Of a stretch of 14,541 bases of DNA, positions 1-7,941 are shown piece after piece. Both the position numbers and the translations under genes were made by a program. This DNA comes from Gemmatimonadota bacterium (GTDB taxonomy: Bacteria > Gemmatimonadota > Gemmatimonadetes > Longimicrobiales > Gaopeijiaceae): positions 1 to 14,541 of the forward strand of contig JBDHHQ010000143.1 of the NCBI GenBank assembly GCA_039589315.1, written 5' to 3'. A model generated the notes under the pieces. It had not been told where the DNA came from. It did no database searches and saw nothing but the letters and a program-made list of their open reading frames with translations. Each line of letters opens with the position of its first letter. Within the stretch, counting starts at the first letter, position 1.

Positions 1-1
1 C

Positions 2-1534
2 CCGGTGGAGTACTACGTGGCGCTCTTCAACAACCAACCCATGGGCTTCTACTCCCTGGACGCCCTGGGCCGGGACGCCCGGAGAAACGGCATCGGGATC
101 CTCCTGCCGGACGTGAATCGGAGCCAGGTGCGGTGCACGGCGGAGGACGCTCACCTGCGCGTTGGCTTGGGGTTCATTCGCGGCTGGGGCAAGGACATCG
201 CCCAATGGGTCGTGGACGAGCGGGAGCGGCGTGGGCCCTTCACCTCCCTACCCGACTTCCTCCGGCGCACGCCCGCGGTGCTCAAGCGCCCCGCGGTGGA
301 GAACCTGATCTGGGTCGGGGGATTCGACGCCCTGGGCCTGAGCCGCCGGGAGCTCCTCTGGCAGGCGGGCCTGTGGCTGGGGCCCGAGTCCGACGAGGAC
401 CGGCGGAGCGGCGGCCGGGAGGATCATCCCCAGACCGAGCTGGCCCTGGGCGACGCTTACATGGACCTGCCGTTCCCCGACCTGGAGGACGGAGACCGTA
501 TGCTGGCCGAGTACCGGATGCTGCGGTTCTCCACCAAGCTGCACCCCTTGTCGCTGCTCCGGCATCACCTGCCCCCGGGGACCATCACGTCGGACCAACT
601 GCCACTGCTGAAGTCCGGCACCACAGTGCGAGTGGCGGGCGTGGTCGTGGCCCGTCAGCGCCCCCAGACCGCCAAAGGGTATGTGTTTGTCCTGATGGAG
701 GATGAGGGCGGCCACATCAATGCGATCGTGAAACCCAAGATCTACCAGCGGGACCGCTCTGCCGTCCGCATGGAGCCGTTCGTCTGGGTGGAGGGACGAC
801 TCCAGAAGGACGGGGACACCATCAACGTCATCGCCTACCGGGTGGAGGCGGTGAGGGTGGACGGGGCGCCGGAGGCGGGCGCGCGGAAACCCGGCGAGCG
901 TGGTACCCAGAACGGGCGCGGCCCAATCGAGACCTCTACCCGCCCTGCCGACCCGAGCTCACATCACGGTGCCCCAAACCGCGGTTCTGCGGAAGCGGGG
1001 ACTGAGCTTTCCGGCAACCATCGCGTTTCCGCGGAAGCGCCGCGGCGCTCCCATGCAGGATCCGGCTGCGTCACCGGCCCAGACTCACATCGCGGCGCCC
1101 CAAATCACGTTTCCGCGAAAACGTCCTTAGGATCTTCCGGGGCCAGCGCTATTCGAGAGACCACAGCAACCCGCCCCTGGGACCCCGCCGACCAGGCCAT
1201 GATCGCTGAAGCGAACAAGCCCCTGGGACGCCCCCTCACCGGGCGTGGCAGGGGCCGCAACCGGAGCGAGAAGAGCGCTCGGGAGCAGATCGGTGGGAAC
1301 GGGCCCGCAGTGGACGAGATCCTGGCTGGGTGGAGCGGTATGCCTCCCGACAGCGCTCGGGCAGCCCGGGAGGACCGAGCCTCTTACGGGAGCGGTGACC
1401 TTGCCCGTGAGCTGGCCGCCGAGATGCCCGACACCCTGGAGTGGTGGGCGGATCCGGGCCACACGTCACACAGCCCGTTCAGGTACCTGACGGCGCTACG
1501 GCAGAGTCCACCGGGGGTGAAGAGCTTCGGGTAA
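2..1534 (+). CDS. dnaE2: Error-prone DNA polymerase (DnaE2/ImuC family), 5'-truncated by the window edge
   Basis: The frame is open from the window edge. It contains ALFNNQPMGFYS (DnaE2-type motif), LLPDVNRS, an HhH-like VGLGFIRGWG...RGPFTSLPDF region, LSRRELLW, and an OB-fold VRVAGVVVARQRPQTAKGYVFVLMEDEGGHINAIV. A long extension follows, ending in KSFG-TAA. Confidence 0.93.
   Translation, partial: PVEYYVALFNNQPMGFYSLDALGRDARRNGIGILLPDVNRSQVRCTAEDAHLRVGLGFIRGWGKDIAQWVVDERERRGPFTSLPDFLRRTPAVLKRPAVENLIWVGGFDALGLSRRELLWQAGLWLGPESDEDRRSGGREDHPQTELALGDAYMDLPFPDLEDGDRMLAEYRMLRFSTKLHPLSLLRHHLPPGTITSDQLPLLKSGTTVRVAGVVVARQRPQTAKGYVFVLMEDEGGHINAIVKPKIYQRDRSAVRMEPFVWVEGRLQKDGDTINVIAYRVEAVRVDGAPEAGARKPGERGTQNGRGPIETSTRPADPSSHHGAPNRGSAEAGTELSGNHRVSAEAPRRSHAGSGCVTGPDSHRGAPNHVSAKTSLGSSGASAIRETTATRPWDPADQAMIAEANKPLGRPLTGRGRGRNRSEKSAREQIGGNGPAVDEILAGWSGMPPDSARAAREDRASYGSGDLARELAAEMPDTLEWWADPGHTSHSPFRYLTALRQSPPGVKSFG
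958..1123 (+). repeat. Degenerate in-frame direct repeat with near-palindromic cores inside the dnaE2 tail
   Basis: 958-997 and 1084-1123 match at 32/40 nt and are 126 nt apart (SHHGAPNRGSAEA / SHRGAPNHVSAKT). A partial third copy at about 1019-1039 contains the perfect palindrome TTCCGCGGAA. Confidence 0.75.
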
Positions 1535-1573
1535 ACTCTCCTTCCCCCTTGTCGCCCGCCTGACAGATAGCGA

Positions 1574-1597
1574 AGGGGGGGGCCGCGGCCCCCCCCT
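1574..1597. terminator. Perfect 24-bp inverted repeat, probable bidirectional terminator hairpin
   Basis: AGGGGGGGGCCGCGGCCCCCCCCT lies between the convergent stops at 1534 (+) and 1626 (-). The flanking U-tracts are short. Confidence 0.65.
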
Positions 1598-1625
1598 CTT
1601 GAATCCACCGGGAGAGGCCCGACAG

Positions 1626-3122
1626 CTAGGGGCAGCCTCCGTTCGGCTTGACGTTGAACTTGGCGGAGATTCCGTCCTCGACTATCAACGGCGGGTTTTC
1701 ATCTGTGCCGCTCAGGCTCGCCACCAACTCGTACCCGCCCGTCTTACAAAACCGCGCCCCCGCGAACTCTGCGACGCCGGTCAGCTCGGCGGTAGGGAAG
1801 GGACCCGTCTCCCCCTGGAGGCAGGCGCCCGCGCCATCGCAGGCGGGATCGCCGCTGTTGGCTTGAGACGAGATCTCGAGTGCCAGGAATTCGAATGGCG
1901 TGCCCAGATCGGTGCGGGCCTGTACGTAGACGGTGAAGTCCGCGCCCTCATCCAGATCCGGCGGGTCCCACGGCTCCCAATCGTCGGCCAAGGGGCAGTC
2001 CGCCGCGGTGCCCGCGCCGTTGGGGCACTGAACGAACTCGAGCACGGCGCTTCCTGTGATCGACGACACGTCGAAACGGGAGAAATTCGTCAACAGTCCG
2101 CCGGCTCCACCGGGGTTCAGAGACGCGGAGGCCCGCAGCGGTGTCGGTGTCAGGAGCCGCTGGGCGAATTGCGTCAGCCCCTCGAATATACTCGCCGCGG
2201 CTCCGTTGGGTCTGAGATACGCTGGATCATCACAGAAGGTGGGGTCCCGAGCCGATAGCTCAAGGATACTGGCATCTCGCTCCAGTCGGGTCAGACCGGT
2301 CGCGACGCCGTCCACGGCACACGTCCCCACTAGAGCCTGACTGATGAGCGTGGTCGCCGGATAGATGTTGAACAGATGAGAGCCCACGCCCGGAAACCCT
2401 TGTTCCTGGCTGTTCCCCCTTGGCGCCGGGCTTCCGAAGAGCAGCCGGGCTCCGGGCAAGAAGTCCTCCCACTGGCAGGTGGGCAGGCCGATTCCGGCGC
2501 ACGTCTGAGGTTCGATGCCCCAGAGTTTCAGCAAGTCGCTCACCCGACCGGTCACGGCAAATGCGTTCGGGTCCTGGTTTTCCCGGACCGCGTAGGCTCC
2601 GGCTTCCTGGAGAGCCTCCTCCAGGTCCCACACACCGTCGTCGTCTTCGTCGACGAACCGCAAGGAGACCTCTTTGGCCGGGAGCCCTACAAAAGCTGAA
2701 AAGCCGGCACACTCTCCGAGGACGGCCGTAAGCTCCGCTCCCGCCGCCGCCCGGACCGGGTCTCCCGACCCGCCCAGAAAGTCGGCGAAGTCGCCGGTGG
2801 CCTCGAGCGGGTCCACGCTGGCCGCGATCGCCCGCCAACCGTTCACCGCGGCGGCCTGTGCGACTGCGGCGTCGGCGTCGAAGAGCCCCTCGATGACGGC
2901 GCTGAAGTCGGACTTGACGTTTCCGTCCCAAAAGTCCTTGATAGCGTTACTGACGTCCCCTGATGTCACACTCGGATCCCCAGGGCACACCACGCTACCG
3001 CCGCCCTTGCCCATCTCGGGCGATACTGGGAAAGACCGTGAAGCGTCTTCGCAGGAGGCGAGGAATAGAACGCCGAGCCCAAGGGCGATCGGAGGCAGGA
3101 GGCGGGAGTTCAAGCTATTCAT
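1626..3122 (-). CDS. Hypothetical Cys-rich lipoprotein (498 aa), possible C-terminal Ig-like domain
   Basis: The ATG at 3122 is preceded by SD-like GGGGTGA. Signal peptide MNSLNSRLLPPIALGLGVLFLAS-C with lipobox LASC. The mature region is acidic and G/A-rich with 12 further Cys. C-terminal GVAEFAGARFCKTGGYELVASL resembles beta-sandwich strands. Confidence 0.8.
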   Translation of the reverse strand: MNSLNSRLLPPIALGLGVLFLASCEDASRSFPVSPEMGKGGGSVVCPGDPSVTSGDVSNAIKDFWDGNVKSDFSAVIEGLFDADAAVAQAAAVNGWRAIAASVDPLEATGDFADFLGGSGDPVRAAAGAELTAVLGECAGFSAFVGLPAKEVSLRFVDEDDDGVWDLEEALQEAGAYAVRENQDPNAFAVTGRVSDLLKLWGIEPQTCAGIGLPTCQWEDFLPGARLLFGSPAPRGNSQEQGFPGVGSHLFNIYPATTLISQALVGTCAVDGVATGLTRLERDASILELSARDPTFCDDPAYLRPNGAAASIFEGLTQFAQRLLTPTPLRASASLNPGGAGGLLTNFSRFDVSSITGSAVLEFVQCPNGAGTAADCPLADDWEPWDPPDLDEGADFTVYVQARTDLGTPFEFLALEISSQANSGDPACDGAGACLQGETGPFPTAELTGVAEFAGARFCKTGGYELVASLSGTDENPPLIVEDGISAKFNVKPNGGCP

Positions 3123-3230
3123 GATATCACCCCGTTTCGGTTGAGGGGGACGAGGCAGTGGCGACCGGATGCCGGATCTGGCGGGTGAGTGGACCGAACA
3201 GCGCGGATCTGCGGTCAGGCCTTCCAAGTC

Positions 3231-3259
3231 ATGTTATGCGGCCACATCTCTTCAAGCAA
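3231..3259 (-). promoter_or_regulatory. Candidate sigma70-type promoter for the lipoprotein gene
   Basis: Minus strand reads TTGCTT-N17-TAACAT in an AT-richer intergenic patch about 110 nt upstream of the ATG at 3122. Confidence 0.4.
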
Positions 3260-3263
3260 GCCA

Positions 3264-5108
3264 TCAGCTACCCGATCCTACGAGTGAATTGAATCGGGGA
3301 TCTTGCCTCAGATCCTGTAGATACCAGGTCTGGTCCGTCGCGATACTCTCGCGCTCAGCCGGATTGGCCGCCAGGTACATGCCCAGCAGCCGGAAGGCCT
3401 CGTCGTAGTCGCCCAGCCATGTTTGGACCCATGACTCCATCAAGGCCAGCTCGCGGATCGGGTCCAGCGTGGCGTCCGCGCGCGCCCGCTCGGCGACGGC
3501 CCGGGCGCTGTCGGGGAGATTTGCCCGCACGAGTGCCATGGCCACCAGCATTTCCGCTCTCTTGCTCAAGATCTCCCGAGCGCTGGGGGGTACCTGCTGA
3601 CGGTACCGGTCGAGCAAGCTCCAGGCGAGCTCGATATCCGGCTCCTGCCCTCTCATGATGAAGGTCCACAACGGGCACTCGGTGAAGCGGAAGTCCTCAG
3701 GGAACCGTCTCTGCCCCTCGCTGCACCAATTCTCTGCCTCCACGCGATCCTCGAGGTCCAGGCTGGCGAGGAAGAGCCGCCAGAGTGTCAGATTCGCGTT
3801 GGCCAGGTACGGGTCCGCCTCGTACGAGCGCAGGGCCGCGAGCTTGCCCTCGGCCACGGCGTTCCTTCTCATGAGAAGATGGCTCAGAGACGTCCATGCC
3901 GACGCCTGACCCGGATTCGCCTCTACCGAAGTCCTCAGGTCGGTCTCGGCGCTGCGGAACAGCCGCGCCGCCTCGTCAGACCCCCCTGCCAGGTTTAGTG
4001 CGTAACGCCAGTACTGTAGAGTCCCTCTGAGCTCCAGAGCGTCCGGATCCGTCGGAGCAAGCGCCAATGCGCGTTGCGCGTGGCCCATGCCCGTGTCGAT
4101 CCACTGGGGATAGTGCGAGCGGTCGAAGCCACCAAGACGGGACTGGCGGTACGCCAACCAGCCGCGTCGTTGGATCGGGTCGACCCAATCCTCAGCCAGC
4201 TTCTCCGCCTCCGCCAAGATGGAATCGGCCTGCAGCAACTGACGGGAGGCCGCAGCGAAGTCCTCCGCCGAGACCAACGGATCGGCATCCCGAGCCACAG
4301 CCTCAGCCCTCTGCAGGAGCTCCCAGGCCTCGACGTTGTCCGTGCCTGCCTGCCGTTCGATCAGCCCTATCTCCTCGCCAAGCTCCTCGCGCAGGAAGAA
4401 TGCCACTTCCCGGGCTAGCTCGTCCTGGAGCTCAAATAGCTCACTGCGGGGCCGGTCCAGGCGGCGGCTGCCAATCTGTCGTCCAGTGGAAGCCTGGATC
4501 ATGTCCACGTCGACGCGAAGCCGGTCTTCGGATTGGGCGACGGTGCCCTCAACCAGCGTACCCACCTCCAGAGCCCCGCCGATGCTGTCGTAGGGCGCCG
4601 ACGAATCGCGAAAGAGGCGGGAGCCGTTTCGGGAGACGACGTGGAGCACCTCCACCTGACTAAGCTCGTCGATCAACGATTCAGTGAGTCCGTCTGCCAG
4701 GAACGAGAGCTCGCCCCCCGGACTTCGGTCCTCGAAGTAGAGTACTGCGATACGCCGCGGGTCCTCGGTTGTGGATAGTGCCTCGAGCCCCGTGGCGGGC
4801 CCCTCCCCGAACTCGGCTCGCAGGATCGAGCCGCTAAGCACGACCGCGGCGATCGCTAGACCCGTCATGAGAGCGATCTCGTTTCGTGTGGCTTTCTGCG
4901 CCCCTTTCTCTCCGTGGTACCAGCCGAGCACGATCGATCCCAGAAGCCCGCCGATGTACCATACGAGGCCGATGTGATAGATGAACAGCGGAAGGACTTC
5001 TCGGTCCACGAGCTGATCGATCCCGCTCAGCACGATCCAGCCCCCGGCGGCGTAGGCCGCCACGATCCGGAAGAGGCGTCGTTCTTTGAACTCGGAGAGA
5101 AGACCCAC
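3264..5108 (-). CDS. Membrane protein with 3 N-terminal TM helices, TolB-like (COG5616-type) domain and TPR repeats
   Basis: N-terminus LSEFKERRLFRIVAAYAAGGW is followed by three hydrophobic helices. RIAVLYFEDRS...LADGLTESLIDELSQV..LHVVSRNGS...LVEGTVAQSEDRLRVDV fits the TolB-like domain seen in cyclase/kinase-associated TPR proteins. Helical repeats (AQRALALAPTDPDA) follow, and the protein ends LRQDPRFNSLV. Confidence 0.85.
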   Translation of the reverse strand: MGLLSEFKERRLFRIVAAYAAGGWIVLSGIDQLVDREVLPLFIYHIGLVWYIGGLLGSIVLGWYHGEKGAQKATRNEIALMTGLAIAAVVLSGSILRAEFGEGPATGLEALSTTEDPRRIAVLYFEDRSPGGELSFLADGLTESLIDELSQVEVLHVVSRNGSRLFRDSSAPYDSIGGALEVGTLVEGTVAQSEDRLRVDVDMIQASTGRQIGSRRLDRPRSELFELQDELAREVAFFLREELGEEIGLIERQAGTDNVEAWELLQRAEAVARDADPLVSAEDFAAASRQLLQADSILAEAEKLAEDWVDPIQRRGWLAYRQSRLGGFDRSHYPQWIDTGMGHAQRALALAPTDPDALELRGTLQYWRYALNLAGGSDEAARLFRSAETDLRTSVEANPGQASAWTSLSHLLMRRNAVAEGKLAALRSYEADPYLANANLTLWRLFLASLDLEDRVEAENWCSEGQRRFPEDFRFTECPLWTFIMRGQEPDIELAWSLLDRYRQQVPPSAREILSKRAEMLVAMALVRANLPDSARAVAERARADATLDPIRELALMESWVQTWLGDYDEAFRLLGMYLAANPAERESIATDQTWYLQDLRQDPRFNSLVGSGS

Positions 5109-5302
5109 GTCGAGTGGCTGCTCCAGCCTGGGGGTGCGGCTTCCGCTGCCCGAAGGGACGGATCCCTTCGCCGCCGGCTCCCCTGATTCCCGCGGTTGCG
5201 CGGCGGCAGCCTGCTCCCGAATCTCTCCCCCCAGGTGCCGGGCAACGGCGCCTCACTGACCGGGACGCACGTCCCGTCGCGAGACACCGGAGAGATAGAG
5301 CC

Positions 5303-6340
5303 TTGGCCTCTCGCCAACCCCACGTCTTCGTAACCCGCCGTATCCCTCGACCGGGCGTGGACCACCTCACCGGGTCAGGGGCCCAGGTGACTGTCGGCCA
5401 GACCGACGAGGAGGCCGGAGTCGACCGGTCCACCCTTCTCGACGGCGCCCGCTCCGCAGACGTCTTGCTCACCCTCCTCACCGAGCCGGTGGACCGCGAG
5501 GTCCTGGAGGCGAACCCCCAGCTGAAGGGGGTCGCCCAAATGGCGGTGGGCTATAACAACATCGACGTAGCGACGGCCACCCAGCTGGGGATCCCGGTCT
5601 CAAACACCCCCGGGGTGCTTACGAACACGACGGCCGACTGCACCTGGGCCATGATCCTGGCGGCCGCACGGCGGATTCCGCAGGCCCACGCCTACATGAC
5701 GGAGGGGCGGTACCGGCTTTGGGGGCCCAACCTGTTCCTGGGCGCTGACGTGAGCCCGGGCGGAAGTGGACGCCCCAAGGTCCTGGGCATCGTCGGCTTC
5801 GGGCGGATCGGTCAGGCCGTTGCCCGCCGAGCGGTCGGGTTCGAGATGGAGGTCCTGGCCCACGACCCGTTTGCACGGGAGCGCATCGACCAAGACTCCG
5901 TGGCCCGGTGGGCTTCGCTGGACACGCTGCTATCCGAGAGCGATTTCGTTACACTGCATCCGCCACTGACGCCCGAGACCCACCATCTCATCGACGAGGA
6001 GCGCCTCAGGGCGATGAAGCCCACCGCATACCTGATCAACGCGGCGCGAGGACCGGTCGTTCACGAGGCCGCCCTGGTCAGGGCGGTCCAGGAGGGTTGG
6101 ATCGCGGGCGCGGCGCTGGACGTGTACGAGCACGAGCCGGCCATGGCGTCCGGGCTCGCCGAGCTGGACACCGTGGTACGCCTCCCCCACATCGCCAGCG
6201 CCAGCACGGACACGCGGGCCCGGATGGCCACCATGGCGGCCGTCAATGCGCTGGCCCACCTCCGTGGCGAGCCGGCGCCGAACGCGGTGAACCCGGCGGT
6301 ATACGGCTCGGACGCCTTCCTTCGACGAGTTGCGCCATGA
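5303..6340 (+). CDS. gyaR: D-glycerate dehydrogenase / glyoxylate-hydroxypyruvate reductase (D-2-hydroxyacid dehydrogenase family)
   Basis: Motifs: VFVTRRIP, QMAVGYNNIDV, VSNTPGVLTNTTAD, Rossmann GIVGFGRIG, LINAARGPVV (catalytic Arg), AALDVYEHEP and LPHIASAS. Probable TTG start at 5303 after GGAGAG; the longer 5114 start adds low-complexity sequence. Confidence 0.9.
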   Translation: MASRQPHVFVTRRIPRPGVDHLTGSGAQVTVGQTDEEAGVDRSTLLDGARSADVLLTLLTEPVDREVLEANPQLKGVAQMAVGYNNIDVATATQLGIPVSNTPGVLTNTTADCTWAMILAAARRIPQAHAYMTEGRYRLWGPNLFLGADVSPGGSGRPKVLGIVGFGRIGQAVARRAVGFEMEVLAHDPFARERIDQDSVARWASLDTLLSESDFVTLHPPLTPETHHLIDEERLRAMKPTAYLINAARGPVVHEAALVRAVQEGWIAGAALDVYEHEPAMASGLAELDTVVRLPHIASASTDTRARMATMAAVNALAHLRGEPAPNAVNPAVYGSDAFLRRVAP

Positions 6341-6532
6341 CAGCCGGCTCGGGGGCTCGGCCGGTGCGCAGCTGCGGACCGCGACGCGTCAGGAGCGGCG
6401 CACAGCGAGCGGTCGGGAGTGGCCCGTTGGGTGGGGCCACGGAGATCCTCGCCGAGCCGAGGTCGCCACGCCTTGCGGCGACCTTCGCGGAGCCGTGCCT
6501 TCAATGACCCCCCCGCTCCAGCCGTGGGGCCC

Positions 6533-7840
6533 GTGAACCTACGCGCGGTGGCCCGGGGTTGCCTGGACGCCGCGCTCGACGCCGTCGAGCCCGGTGCCCT
6601 GGTCAGGGAAGCCCTCTCCCGCGAGCACGCACAGGACGACCGGGCGCGACGCACGTTCCTGATGGCGATCGGCAAAGCGGCCGAGCGCATGGCGGCTGGA
6701 GCCCTGGAGTCGCTCCCGGGCGGGGTGGCCGGCGGGCTCGTGGTGACGCCGACACCCGTCGATTCCGATTCCCTGGCGCCGCTGCAGCTGTTGGCGGCCG
6801 AGCATCCGGTCCCGGGACCTGGTAGTCTGGAAGCGGGTCGGGCGCTACACGGCCTGGCGAGATCCCTGGGGTCCGACGATCGGCTCGTGGCTTTGATCTC
6901 GGGAGGCTCCTCGGCCCTGGTCACCTATCCCCCTTCGGGTGTCTCTCTCGGGGATGTGCGAGTGACTACGGTGCTTCTCCTCAGGGCCGGCACACCCATC
7001 GGGGAGCTCAACTGCGTCCGCAAGCACCTCGACCGCCTCAAGGGTGGGCGGCTGGCTGCCCTCTGCCACCCCGCTCGGACGCACGCCCTGGTCGTGTCCG
7101 ACGTCGTGGGAGACCGGCTCGACGTGATCGCCTCGGGGTTGATGACCGCGGACTCGACCAGCTACGACGACGCCCTTTCCGTGTTGAGAAACCGGGGCGT
7201 GTGGGACGACGTGCCGGCGCCCGTGCGGGATCATCTGGAGGCGGGGGCGCGTGGCGACGTTCCCGAAGCGCCCGGCCCGCTCCATCCCCACCTGGACCGC
7301 ACGACCGTGGAGGTCATCGGCAACAACGAGCTGGCGGCAGCCGCGGCCGGGCGTGAGGCCGAAGCCCGGGGCTTCGCCTCGGCCGTCCGGTCCACCACGG
7401 TGGAAGGTGAGGCCCGGCAGGTCGGGGCCCGCCTGTCGCGCCTGGCCCGGCGGCTTCGGAAGGGTGAGGACGACCTCATTCCGCCGGCCTGTCTGGTACT
7501 GGGTGGCGAGACCACGGTCACGGTCCGCGGTGCCGGAATGGGCGGCCCCAACCTGGAAGTGGCCCTGGGAGCCGCTGCGGGCCTCGCGGGCATGGACGAC
7601 GTGCTGGTCATGTCCGTGGGCACCGACGGGCGTGACGGTCCCACCGACGCCGCCGGCGCTTGGGTGGACGGGAGCACGGTCAAGCGGGCGCGCAAGGCGG
7701 GTCTCGACCCGTCGCACTCCCTGACCGAGAACGACGCCTACACCTTCTTCGGGGCGTTGGACGACCTGATCGTCACCGGCCCCACCGGCACCAACGTCAT
7801 GGACCTCATGCTGGTCTTCGTGGGCGGATTGACACCCTGA
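6533..7840 (+). CDS. ttuD: Glycerate 2-kinase / putative hydroxypyruvate reductase (TtuD, DUF4147 + MOFRL family)
   Basis: Motifs: AIGKAAERMA, AEHPVP, LISGGSSAL, ELNCVRKHLDRLKGGRLA, VSDVVGD, GGETTV, GTDGRDG and TGPTGTNVMD. The start is uncertain (GTG at 6533 or 6524). Confidence 0.9.
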   Translation: MNLRAVARGCLDAALDAVEPGALVREALSREHAQDDRARRTFLMAIGKAAERMAAGALESLPGGVAGGLVVTPTPVDSDSLAPLQLLAAEHPVPGPGSLEAGRALHGLARSLGSDDRLVALISGGSSALVTYPPSGVSLGDVRVTTVLLLRAGTPIGELNCVRKHLDRLKGGRLAALCHPARTHALVVSDVVGDRLDVIASGLMTADSTSYDDALSVLRNRGVWDDVPAPVRDHLEAGARGDVPEAPGPLHPHLDRTTVEVIGNNELAAAAAGREAEARGFASAVRSTTVEGEARQVGARLSRLARRLRKGEDDLIPPACLVLGGETTVTVRGAGMGGPNLEVALGAAAGLAGMDDVLVMSVGTDGRDGPTDAAGAWVDGSTVKRARKAGLDPSHSLTENDAYTFFGALDDLIVTGPTGTNVMDLMLVFVGGLTP

Positions 7841-7941
7841 CGATTCGCGGCTTATGTGGGAGCGACGTGTCCCTGACGCACACCCAGGGGAGCGACCCCG
7901 GACCCCGGGGGCCACACCTCATCGTGAAGCGAGGTAACAAC

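Noticed and set aside
1504..1616. 11/12 direct repeat GA(G/A)TCCACCGGG (1504-1515 and 1601-1612), and alternative pairing of CTTCCCCCTT with the G-run of the terminator
   Set aside because: Too short to call an att site or target-site duplication, with no integrase or transposase nearby. The genes are convergent, so an antiterminator would have no downstream sense gene.
3123..3227. 35-aa N-terminal extension of the lipoprotein in the ORF track
   Set aside because: The SD and signal peptide fit the ATG at 3122, so the extension is likely 5' UTR.
5114..5302. Longer N-terminus of the dehydrogenase
   Set aside because: Low-complexity, leaves no room for divergent promoters, and family similarity begins at about 5303.
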